Below are positions 13,601 to 25,100 of a DNA stretch of 64,000 nucleotides, one piece after another (position 1 is the stretch's first letter; each line of letters starts with the position of its first letter). The stretch covers positions 1 to 64,000 of the forward strand of contig CBFFRP010000217.1 in the NCBI GenBank assembly GCA_965644295.1. The letters run 5' to 3'. Under the pieces are notes generated by a model. It saw only the letters and a program-made list of their open reading frames with translations. It made no database searches and had not been told where the DNA came from. A program made the translations under genes and the position numbers. The stretch comes from Paraphysomonas bandaiensis (Eukaryota > Protista > Chrysophyceae).

Positions 13601-14733
13601 GCCGTGAGGATAAGGATGGCATTGGCGGAGTTGGCCATCATCCACCTTTATCTGTGGATAAACCAGTAAGTGTATCACCTGGTGTGCATTCTCCGTCATC
13701 CGCGGCAGATGCACCTACATTATCAGTTCCTTCGTCTTCTTCGGGGATGCTAAATGAGCTCACAGTAGGGACCAAGGTGGAGGCTCGTTATGGCGGTTCG
13801 AACGAATGGTATGGCGCTACTATATCAGGTGTGACACACTCTGATACAGGCAAGATGTTGTACTCACTTCATTACGATGACGGTGATGAGGAGGATGATG
13901 CGCATCGTGTGAAGATTCGACTTCCTGGACAACGTCAACGCCGTGATTTGAATGTAGGTGAGGAGGTTGATGCATCATGTGATGAATGCGATGGTGCTAT
14001 ACTTCCTGGGACAATAGTAGGAAAGTCGGGAGACAAGTATACTGTTCGTTTCAACCTTCGTGAGTTGGGTGTCGGTGATTCCGACGGTGTGGAGAATGTG
14101 TTAGGGCGGAAGTTCATATTTGGTCCCCATTTCAGCAAAGATAGTAGTATGACTAGTTCAGTGAATCCGTCTGCGGGTGCAGCTGATGCCGATAATTGCC
14201 GTGAGGATAAGGATGGCATTGGCGGAGTTGGCCATCATCCACCTTTATCTGTGGATAAACCAGTAAGTGTATCACCTGGTGTGCATTCTCCGTCATCCGC
14301 GGCAGATGCACCTACATTATCAGTTCCTTCGTCTTCTTCGGGGATGCTAAATGAGCTCACAGTAGGGACCAAGGTGGAGGCTCGTTATGGCGGTTCGAAC
14401 GAATGGTATGGCGCTACTATATCAGGTGTGACACACTCTGATACAGGCAAGATGTTGTACTCACTTCATTACGATGACGGTGATGAGGAGGATGATGCGC
14501 ATCGTGTGAAGATTCGACTTCCTGGACAACATCAACGCCGTGATTTGAATGTAGGTGAGGAGGTTGATGCACCATGTGATGAATGCGATGGTGCTATACT
14601 TCCTGGGACAATAGTAGGAAAGTCGGGAGACAAGTATACTGTTCGTTTCAACCTTCGTGAGTTGGGTGTCGGTGATTGTGATATGGTTGAGTGTATGCTG
14701 CGTCGTGAATTGATTTTTGGTTTACATTGTTGA
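1605..14733 (+). CDS. Multi-exon protein: N-terminal C2-like domains, helical region, then 17 tandem Tudor/Agenet-pair repeats (frameshift in repeat 5)
   Basis: ATG 1605. Introns 1668-1717 and 2003-2048 join ORFs 1605, 1709 and 1953 in frame. C2-like LWDQRLELQVP...LRVSLL. Further short exons at ~3.6-4.3 kb (boundaries approximate; linkage to the array inferred). Repeat unit has Tudor signature GTKVEARYGGSNEWYGATI...YSLHYDDGDEE. Confidence 0.7.
4670..14677 (+). repeat. Coding tandem array, 597-bp (199-aa) unit, ~16.7 copies (17 Tudor pairs)
   Basis: Shadow ORFs recur at exactly 597-bp spacing except one 629-bp interval; only a handful of SNPs between copies. Confidence 0.97.
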
Positions 14734-15040
14734 TGTGATTGTTTATCAGCAGTGAGGGTGATATTTTTGTCTGTTCTTTATATGTTTTTGTTGGATAACT
14801 ATTTGTTTTCATGGTATTGATTATTTTTGGATATCATTTTATTTTTTTACGGTAGTGTTCCTGTTCTTTGTGTCCTACCCGAACAATTAGATCATTGTTT
14901 GCGTTAGCGTAGATTCGATTAGGATTAGGGTTAGTTCCCTCATCATCATCAGGGTGCTAAACCTCTGGCGGAGGAGTATATTGAATGGTGCCTGCAGTAG
15001 ACCATTATAACTCTGAGAGCATATATCCCTGCTCCTAATA

Positions 15041-15245
15041 TAGAGTGAAAGCCCTATTATTAGCAGTAGGCGTCAAGTAGTTAGAATAAAGTTTCGAAAC
15101 CAGATAAGTAGTTAGATGAAGACTAGTCACTCTAGATCGACCTCTACCAGTAACTAACTAGTGTAAATTCTCATATCCTACTATTTAACGCTACAGAAGC
15201 AGCTTGTGCGTCACCGCAGCACCAAGGTGCAACCACTTCCGTTCT
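15041..15245 (-). ncRNA. Unknown structured-RNA/SINE-like element, copy 1
   Basis: Shares TAG-AGTGAA, TAGCARTAGGCGT and TATCCTACTATTTAACGCTAC...GCTTGTGCGTC...GCACCAAGGTGCAACCACTTCCGTTCT blocks with copies 2 and 3. Flanked by CTGCTCCYAATATA direct repeats. Strand is tentative (GNRA loop and most G-U pairs favour minus). Confidence 0.55.
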
Positions 15246-16625
15246 GCTCCCAATATATGCCTTTATGTTCATGAATGAGTTTCGAAAAGCACAGAAGTAA
15301 GAGAATTTCATTCCGGAATAACACTGACATGATAATCACATGATGAATAACAAGACATAATATAACAACGTAATGCATGAACCATAAACGAATTATTAAT
15401 GAGTAAAACGCAGTTGAAAAATATCATATGCAATGCGTCATACGATATAATAACCTATACAAGAGTCAATTGCGATTACGCTGTCGACGACGCTAGCTCT
15501 AATCACGATTATTTAATGTATTTTTGCTAAACGCAATTTTTGTAAACTAGAAACAGCCACCGCCATATATTTCAAGATGACATTGCTAAGAATCAACCTA
15601 GAGCATCTAGTTAGTTTAAATCTTATCATATCATAGCATTCATAGAACAGTTGCCTATTCCGATTTCCCCATGTACATACCTGCTACTACTGCAGCCATG
15701 ATAGTATCAGAAAAAAACTCAATTATGCTCTCAATTGCAGTATGTTGGCCTGTATTATATCGATTGTTAAAGTCCTACTACCGAACATAAACTACCAATT
15801 GAACCTGCACAAACAGCTGTTTTTTATATTAAAGTTTATACCATTACACAGTGCACTCTATCCACACCGCAAATAGAGAGTGAGCCTGAAACACACAATA
15901 TAAGGCTTTTAAAATAAAAGATTGTCTGTTTATTGGGGATACAGAGACTGTTCAAACCCAGAGTTCCTGGAGCTTAATGAAGCTAAAAGTTTGATAATTT
16001 TAGTTGTTGGGCGAAACATTTCAAACGTGTGGGCTGTACACGGTGCCCTTAATTCAATAAATACTACCAAGCGATAATAATACGCTGTTGGGTTTTAGTA
16101 GAGTTTACAATATACTTATAACTAGGATGATAGGGAAGACTTCACAACCCGTTCAATCCTTAGAATTAAATTCTGCCCGAGATTGTGTCATTTGTTGATA
16201 AGTCGTTGAGGTGTATTGGTGTATTTTACTTTAGCTTGAAGGGAACATACGCAGCTGCAGAAATGTATTAGAGTATAATGACTCTTCATATCAGTCATCT
16301 TATTGTAGTAGTGTGGTGGCATTATCCCCTAGAATACATGACTTACGACTGTTATAAGAATAACATCTACCAACGTATCTGTTGATACAACATTTGTATG
16401 TAGAGCCACCTCCAAGTATAAAAATCTAGGCCTGAACTTCTCCCCTGAGAATGAATTGGAATTGCAGCGCTATGGCCGTTTCATATTCTACATAGTTTCT
16501 ACACAATCTATGGCCTTTGAGTGCTCTTCTTCTCGACTTTCTTTAGACTAATATATGTGTCATTATATGCTTTACAAGAAGGATAGTTTCATGTGATTGG
16601 GAGGATATGAACAACTGCCCTCGTT

Positions 16626-16814
16626 TAGTAGTGAATGTTTATTTAGCAATAGGCGTTGAGACCTTGCATCAATTAGTGGCTAGAAGAATGCTAGTCATAC
16701 TAGTTAGACCACTACCCGTAACTAATCAATACAAACTCTTTTATCCTACTATTTAACGCTACGAAAGCTGCTTGTGCGTCGCCGCAAGCACCAAGGTGCA
16801 ACCACTTCCGTTCT
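16626..16814 (-). ncRNA. Unknown structured-RNA/SINE-like element, copy 2
   Basis: Same conserved blocks; flanked by CTKCCCTCGTTT direct repeats (16615-16626, 16813-16824). Confidence 0.55.
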
Positions 16815-17144
16815 TCCCTCGTTTCTGTGCATTAGTGGTTGGTATTATATTGGTGTTTGAGGTATAGCTTCTCTTGTATTGACTTAATATAAACCACAAA
16901 CAATTGTAGCGAAATAGAGTTGCACTATGTGGTTTCAAAAAGCTATAGCGTCAGTCAGCGGACATGCAACGCTGTTCAGCGTCACCAACGGGTAAATTTG
17001 CTGTCAGAATTAAACGCAGACGGCAATAGTCCTTATTAGCCTTGAAAAACAAAAAGATAAGACAACACAACATTTATAACTCTACACTTCGCACACATAC
17101 AAAACTCTAATGTGCACGAACTAAAACTAATACCCTACACAAAA

Positions 17145-17330
17145 GTCAACTGTCTACAATATGTCACATATTCATAACAAACAACAAGCGTCAACTGTCT
17201 ACAATATGTCACATATTCATAACAAACAACAAGCGTCAACTATCTACAATAATATGTCACATATTCATAACAAACAACAAGCGTCAACTATTTACAATAT
17301 GTCACATATTCATAACAAACAACAAGCGTC
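17145..17330. repeat. Minisatellite, 45-bp unit x4
   Basis: GTCAACTGTCTACAATATGTCACATATTCATAACAAACAACAAGC at 17145, 17190, 17235 (48 bp) and 17283. Confidence 0.95.
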
Positions 17331-17839
17331 TAGTCAAGATTTCTGCCTTCGACATAAAGAAATCCCGTCGCTACAAGAAGTAGACCTATCTAAAGAGACA
17401 AATTCAGAGTACCACAACGATGTTCACATCCAGCTCCCAGTTACACTCCCCAATTTTCTATTCAACTGAGTGTGTTAATATCAATCTGGCAATTTGTGTA
17501 ATTGTGGCGTCCGAGGATGCGGTCAGCTCTAAAAAGTCATCTCTGACTACCGCAACATAAGTCTCTTTATCCTCATATATCCAGTGCTTCATGTCCAGCT
17601 TGACATATGACTGAAGGCTTGTCTGCAGCTCCGAAAACACACTTCTTCAGGTTTACTGTGAGAACAAACATTTCAAACCTTGTCAATAATGTACACATAG
17701 TGCTGTGATGTTACAAGTAGATAATATATACGAATTTTTATTAGGTAATCTACTGGTGAAAGCAAAACAAGCCAGCGGGTGGGAAAGAAAGTGAATCAAC
17801 CTCCACTCTGTGCTATGTAAGGTTCCGTTGTGGGCATTC

Positions 17840-18006
17840 TAGTAGTAAATGTCTTAATAATAGCAATAGCCGTTGAAGAGTTAGAGAACTAATGTAACAA
17901 AATATATTAACTGACAAGTGCTTAACTCTGATATCCTACTCTATTTAACGCTACGAAATCTGCTTGTGCGTCACTGCAAGCATCAAGATGCAAACACTTT
18001 TGTTCT
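17840..18006 (-). ncRNA. Unknown structured-RNA/SINE-like element, copy 3 (most diverged)
   Basis: Same blocks with compensatory hairpin GCAT-CAAG-ATGC versus GCAC-CAAG-GTGC; no clear flanking direct repeat. Confidence 0.5.
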
Positions 18007-19180
18007 ATCACTCAAAGAAAACGCAGTGAGAAGTAGAATGTTGATATACGTGGCATCTATTGACTTCAGGATTTTTGAGTTCTGAAGGTGAACAGCCCGG
18101 ATGCTTGACTTCAGCAGGCAGCCTAAAACCCCGTTTACCATTAAGGTGTGCCATTTCCGGATTCATGCTTATTCATCAGGGCTCAAAGTCGTCTACACAA
18201 AAGACACTTATATCAGTGTCCCTTGTACTACACAAGTATTTGTCTATGAGTGACAGAAGGTTATTTGCTGTCTATGTTTGCGGCTCACGTTAGTTTTAAG
18301 GAGAAATATCTCCCGTACTTTTCCCCCAGGACACCACGAAAAGGTGCCAGTTCAACTTTGTTGAGGGTGATGACCATTCTAATTAAGTGTTTCAGAATGA
18401 TTAGTATCAGTTATAAACTGTAGAAATTTAGGTATGTCTTATGCTTAGTTGCATAAAGTTCATTGGCAACGAATATTTCTTGTTTTAGACGGCGTTACCT
18501 GCTATGTAATGAAATAATTCAAGGCACTATCGATTGTCAAATGAATATATGACTCAGCTACATTGAATACGTTCATATCTTTGCCCACATCAAAAAAAAA
18601 TATTTCTCAATAAATTCTAAGTCATCTACTGAGTCGATAACTTAATGTAGACTAATTAAACCGAAAGCCCTTTGTACTACATGCTGCATTTCGCAAAGAA
18701 AAGTAAAAAATATTAAACAACTCATATAGGACGATGAACATATCATATGAAAATAAATGAACGTAAATCTAAGGAGCCGCACTATATCCACAAATCCATA
18801 AGTATTAATTCTAAGCATAGTCACATACATAAAGGCCACTGAAAAAGAATTCACATGAACAACAAACCTCAGACACCACTGTGTTATTCCATGTCAAGTA
18901 GAAATCTGAAACATCGTCAGTGAGGCAGTAAAACAATTCGTTCCATACATATAATTTTCAACAAAATCAGAATACACAAACTTATACTACATTTCACTAC
19001 AATACTTGGTCATCTTAGACCAGGTAGTAGTTCAATAAATGCAACGGCAGCGGGAAGCTCTCCTGCATCGTCAGAACATATTCAAATACGTTACCTTAAA
19101 ATTTCATAGGCAAGTATTATTTCCCTTCTCGAACTGGTTTGTGGTGGCTCGCTGGGATATCAAATGTTGCGATGAAAATT

Positions 19181-22100
19181 TTACCGCAATTTTTTAACTA
19201 CTTCAGTGGAAGATATTCTATCGTTTGCATCGATCCTCAACAATGGAGGAAGGCGCCGTCTATTGTCATGTCTGTCATTGAAATCGACAATTTGGCCACT
19301 AAAATGAAGCGATAGCTGCTTCATAACTTCCTTTTGAATCTCTCTGTGTAAAAGTAATGAAGCATCAGGTATTTCTGAAACTAACTTCTCATGTCTCGTT
19401 TTCTGAATGTCGTTGTTAGATTCTAAGTCCGATTTTATATGATTAACACCTATTGCAGGAGTATAAGGAACAGGGATATCAGTAGTATCAATATTTCCCT
19501 CATAACTCTTTCTTAGATTGTCGGGACTACCATCCGTGATTCGATTACTTTTACAATCATTCGTTCCAACCATATCCTCTTTCATTTCAGACTTGCAGCA
19601 ACTACCCTTAAATAATTTAGCCATATCATAGTCCAAACTACAATCCAAATCCTCATCGACATGAATCCTCGATGACAAATATCTCTGGCACCACGAATTT
19701 TGAGTTTCCCACGGTCGGCATGTATGACGCATGAATACGGAACAAATTGTAAACACACAAAGCGCTGGGGCGACAACATAAAGCACGTTGACATTAGCGA
19801 GGTGATAATGCAGTAAAAGTGTACTTCCCACTAATATCCACACTGACACCTCAACAATGATATCTTGAACAGTAACAGAAAATTCACACACTAACCCTGT
19901 CAAGATAGAAACTTTCATAAAAACATACTCAGCAAAGTACTCACGAATTCCTCCACTCACAAATGCGGAAGTAAGCGACGATGCAAAATGAAAATAATGC
20001 CACTGAGCGGGGTATATATATGAGTTTCCACATAGTTTGCGCACTATACCGCGGTCATATTGTTGTGGGTTACCATATATTCTCCTGGGCCATGGAGTTG
20101 TGAATGACAATACGACCTGGCTCTCAAGTAAATGACTAAATCGAGAAGCCATTCGATTAGATGCAAAAAAGTATGAAGCAGCATTAAGTGACACAGGACG
20201 TGATACTTCATCGTGAAAGACATTCGAGTCATGATCTAACTTTTCTCGTAAATAATTGCCAACAGTGCGCGACAATGACTGGCTTCCGATTCTTTTTCTG
20301 AGTGCCCATCTCGGAAATGATGCAATATCACCGAGGATCATTACGTTTCTTGTATTCATGTCTGGATTAGTCCACTTCGAAAGCGCACAAGGTGCTGATG
20401 ATAAATCTTTTCCGGCTGATTGAGAACTACACGCCTCTGACATTTTACAATTGTTAGCCGCAGTTCTCTTCAAATTAGATCTTAACCATGACGACACATG
20501 GCGCACATCGCGTGTCAATGTACGAGAGAAGGCATAATTTTTAATCCATATAACCAATGGCTGCACCACCGAAACAGCTGATATAATCCAAATTAAGAAA
20601 CACCACAGAACAGTATGTTGTTTCTCTCTATCAAGTCTAGTAGAAAAAATTACCACAACGGTTGTTAAACCACCAATGTAAGCTACTAATGCAACCTGAG
20701 AAAGCAGAAAAAGTGGGAACGAAAAAGATGGTTTTGCTAAGAAGTAATGTTGCCGTTTGTATAGAGAGGAAATTACTCTTGTACTACTTATAGGCAACAC
20801 GTCAAATATAAATAATCTCAACACCGCCTGTCCAATATTATTCAAGTCGCAATCAGAGAGGGATGAATACTTTCGACAAGGATCACTCCCAATACATTTC
20901 TTCATTTCCTTGTCATACACATGTCGTGAGCGGGTCAAGTCCTTTATCAGCAGTTGCACAGGGTGAGAATCATTGATTACTCCACAGTCATCATGACGAA
21001 CCAATCCACCACGCTGAATCGTTATCGACTGAATCAATGCATCGAATGTCCCGACTCCTACATTCGAACTATGAACGCTTGGCGAAACGCTATCTTCTAC
21101 AGCAAAAATTGAGGAAGAGACTGGCTTTATTTTATCTTCTCCACACACGCACCATGCTCTGTCAAAAAGAGATGTAACGTTTTCGTGAAGTGGGGCACAG
21201 AAAATACCGTTGGCTGTATATATATTTTCATCCGTAAATTTCAAACTTCCTCCAAACAGCTCATCATACATTGTAGCTGCCACTACGTTACCAACCACAT
21301 CAGTCACTAAGTTCTCACGAAATTCTTTTATTTCATTTTGTAGTTGTCGAACTTCTTCTAAAATGGGCGTTTTCGCTACGAGTATGCGATCTGAATTCTC
21401 TGAACTCCTTACATCGCCCGAGAACGAGCCTTTCTCTACATCCGCAATCCACATTTGCTGTCTACTCGGATACATATCAACTTTGCTGTCACTATGTACA
21501 TTAGAAAATCCGGAGAAAGAAGTAACACTGCTCCACAAAATTATGCGATCCGCATTCACGAATAATGGGCAGAGCACCAGTGATGTGAAGTACGTAATGA
21601 CAAACATGTCATAACAACAAGATACATTTATGTGGAATATACTTGCAGCATCTTGGGTAAACAACAGTATTACAGTAAGTGCACAGAAAACTGTAACACC
21701 CTGAAAAAGTAAAGAAAGTACCCCGGATTGGCTAATGCCACGAGGGTTATTGTAGAACACTCTAGTCAACAAATGACTACACAGAAAAATGCTGGACGAG
21801 AAAAAATCTACCGATGTTTGAACCCTGAGAACTTCAGGAAGGCATAATTGAATATTTTTCAAGGCTGTAGAAATACTTAAATGCTCAGATGTACATGCAC
21901 GGCAAACTCGCTCGCCTTCACAGTTACTATTATTGCACCTAGATGTAATAATATGGGGCTCCAATGATTTACTGCTGATTATCATATCTACATTAGTAGC
22001 CATCGACTTTTCCGACACTCTGAGACCATTGAAAATGCTACATGTCATATACACGGCAACAGACACACCTACAAAGATTCCAATAGAAAGCTGAATTACC

Positions 22101-25100
22101 CGTGGAGGAGCACTAGTCATGAATTGTGCTGTCCGAGTCGGTTCGGAAGTTGGAGAGTAAGATTTTAGAACAGCAATTTCGACCCCCCGCGTGTCCATTT
22201 CAAACGAATTAACTGAAAATTCAGGAGGTACGAGTATACTGTATGTGCCAAGCAATTCTCTCATGGCTGTCGTAAGAGAACCATTGTCTGTTGCAGCTTG
22301 TAGGTCTGTAGTTATGGATTCAGTGACATCCTCTCGCCCTGAATACCCGAAATACCCATAGTTTTCTAGAATGAAAGAAATAGTCCACCTAACTTTTATT
22401 CCTAAATAAACAGCCCTCGAAGCATATGAACTTTGCTCCACACTATAGGTGTCTTCTTGCAACCGCCTTATTTTCACAGCAACATCTTGGACATCATCAA
22501 TGGTAATGTCCCTACCATGGAGCTGTCTTTTGTTCGTGGTGATGTGGCTTGCAATTACACTTCGAAATAGATTTTTAGACTCAGCTGCAAATGTTTCCGA
22601 TGTAACTCCTACAACAACGATACTTGCAGAATAAGTCATCAGCACTTGTTGTTGCAAAGTAGGTGCCGATGTGGGAGAGGAGCTTGGCGTACCAGAAGGT
22701 TGACTACTCGGAACACAACTAGGCAGGCTGGATGGTGTCGAGGATGGAAATGATGAAGGCTGAGAGGTTGGTTGAATGGTTGGCTCGCCACTTGGAATAA
22801 GTGATGGTACACCACTTGGCTCACTGGATGGGATACATGTCGGTTGGCTGGATGGCAAACTACTGGGAATGCATGATGGATTCCCTGATGGAATAAGTGA
22901 TGGAATGCCACTGGGACGCCCTGATGGCAGAGTACTCGGCAGGCCACTTGGTTGACCAGTAGGTTGTACTGTGGGTTCTCCCGATGGTATACTGCTTGGT
23001 TGACTTGTTGGATGCTGAGTAGGCTGACAAGTAGGAACACCACTCGGCTGACACGAAGGCCGATTTGTGGGCTGTCCTGTTGGTACGCTACTTGGCTCAC
23101 CTGTTGGTTTACCAGTAGGTACATTACTTGGTTGTCCCGTGGGCTGCCCAGTTGGTTTACTGCTTGGATCTCCAGTCGGCTGGCCACTGGGTGGACCTGT
23201 CGGCCGTCCTGATGGTTGACTACTAGGATTACCAGTTGGTTGGCTTGTTGGTACGTTGCTGGGTACTCCAGTTGGCTGACCGCTGGGCTGACCTGTTGGC
23301 TCACCACTTGGCTGACTCGTAGGGAGGCCCGTTGGCTGTCCTGATGGTTGGCTTGTTGGTACGTTGCTCGGTACTCCGGTTGGCTGACCACTGGGTTGAC
23401 CTGTTGGCTCGCCACTTGGCTCACCGGTAGGGAGACCAGTCGGTTCACCTGATGGCTGACTACTAGGATTACCAGTTGGTTGGCTTGTTGGTACGCGGCT
23501 GGGCACTCCGGTTGGCTGACCACTGGGTTGACCGGTTGGCTGACCACTGGGTTGTCCTGTAGGTTGACCTGTTGGTTGGCTTGTTGGCTCGCCACTTGGC
23601 TGACTAGTAGGAAAACCCGTCGGCTCACCTGATGGTTGACTGCTAGGATTTTCAGTTGGTTGGCTTGTTGGTACGCTGCTGGGTACTCCGGTAGGCAGAC
23701 CGCTGGGCTGACCTGTCGGCTCGCCACTTGGCTCACCGGTAGGGAGACCAGTAGGCTCTCCTGATGGTTGGCTTGTTGGTACGTTGCTGGGTACTCCGGT
23801 TGGCTGACCACTGGGTTGCCCTGTAGGTTGACCACTGGGTTGACCTGTTGGCTCGCCACTTGGCTGACTCGTAGGGAGACCAGTAGGCTCTCCTGATGGT
23901 TGACTGCTAGGAATTCCAGTTGGTTGGCTTGTTGGTACGTTGCTGGGTACTCCGGTTGGCTGACCACTGGGTTGACCTGTTGGCTCGCCACTTGGCTGAC
24001 TTGTAGGGAGTCCAGTAGGTTCTCCTGATGGTTGGCTTGTTGGTACGTTGCTGGGTGCTCCAGTTGGCTGACCACTGGGTATTCCGGTTGGCTGACCTGT
24101 TGGTTGGCTTGTTGGCTCGCCACTTGGCTGACTCGTAGGAACACCCGTCGGCTCTCCTGATGGTTGACTGCTAGGATTTCCAGTTGGTTGGCTTGTTGGT
24201 ACGTTGCTGGGTACTCCAGTTGGCTGACCACTGGGTTGACCTGTTGGCTCGCCACTTGGCTCACCGGTAGGGAGACCAGTCGGCTCTCCTGATGGTTGGC
24301 TTGTTGGTACGTTGCTCGGTACTCCGGTTGGCTGACCACTGGGTTGACCTGTTGGCTCGCCACTTGGCTGACTCGTAGGGAGACCAGTAGGCTCTCCTGA
24401 TGGTCGGCTTGTTGGTACGTTGCTGGGTGCTCCAGTTGGCTGACCACTGGGTATTCCGGTTGGCTGACCGCTGGGTTGCCCTGTAGGTTGACCACTGGGT
24501 AGACCTGTTGGCTCACCACTTGGCTGACTCGTAGGAACACCCGTCGGTTCACCTGATGGTTGACTACTAGGATTACCAGTCGGCTGACCACTGGGTTGGC
24601 CTGTTGGCTCACCACTTGGCTGACTTGTAGGGAGACCAGTCGGTTCTCCTGATGGTTGGCTTGTTGGTACGTTGCTAGGTACTCCGGTTGGCTGACCACT
24701 GGGTTGGCCTGTTGGCTCGCCACTTGGCTGACTCGTAGGAACACCCGTCGGCCGTCCTGATGGTTGACTACTAGGATTACCAGTTGGCTGACCACTGGGT
24801 TGACCTGTTGGCTCACCACTTGGCTGACTTGTAGGGAGACCAGTAGGTTCTCCTGATGGTTGGCTTGTTGGTACGTTGCTGGGTACTCCGGTTGGCTGAC
24901 CACTGGGTCGACTTGTAGGTTGACCTGTTGGTTCGCGACTTGGCTGACTAGTAGGGAGACCAGTCGGTTCTCCTGATGGTTGACTACTAGGATTACCAGT
25001 TGGTTGGCTTGTTGGTACGTTGCTGGGTACTCCACTTGGCTGACCAGTGGGTATTCCGGTTGGCTGACCACTGGGTTGACCTGTTGGTTCGCCACTTGGC

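Noticed and set aside
4948-14219. Repeated 94-aa antisense ORFs
   Set aside because: By-product of the 597-bp coding repeat.
14915-14940. Telomerase RNA template attached to element copy 1
   Set aside because: Present beside only one copy and downstream of the putative pseudoknot.
17145-17469. CRISPR-like array or 102-aa repeat protein
   Set aside because: Units are contiguous with no unique spacers, there are no cas genes, and the ORF arises from the minisatellite.
17930-17975. Group II intron-like ends (CCTACTCTAT ... GTGCG) and a domain-V-like hairpin in the structured element
   Set aside because: Ends are in permuted order, the DV-like hairpin is on the opposite strand and lacks the AGC/CGC triad, and copies 1-2 lack the full 3' motif.
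15041-18200. Hammerhead/twister/Helitron interpretation of the elements
   Set aside because: No CUGANGA with paired stem II; twister L1/L4 pseudoknot partners absent; no consistent CTRR|T end.
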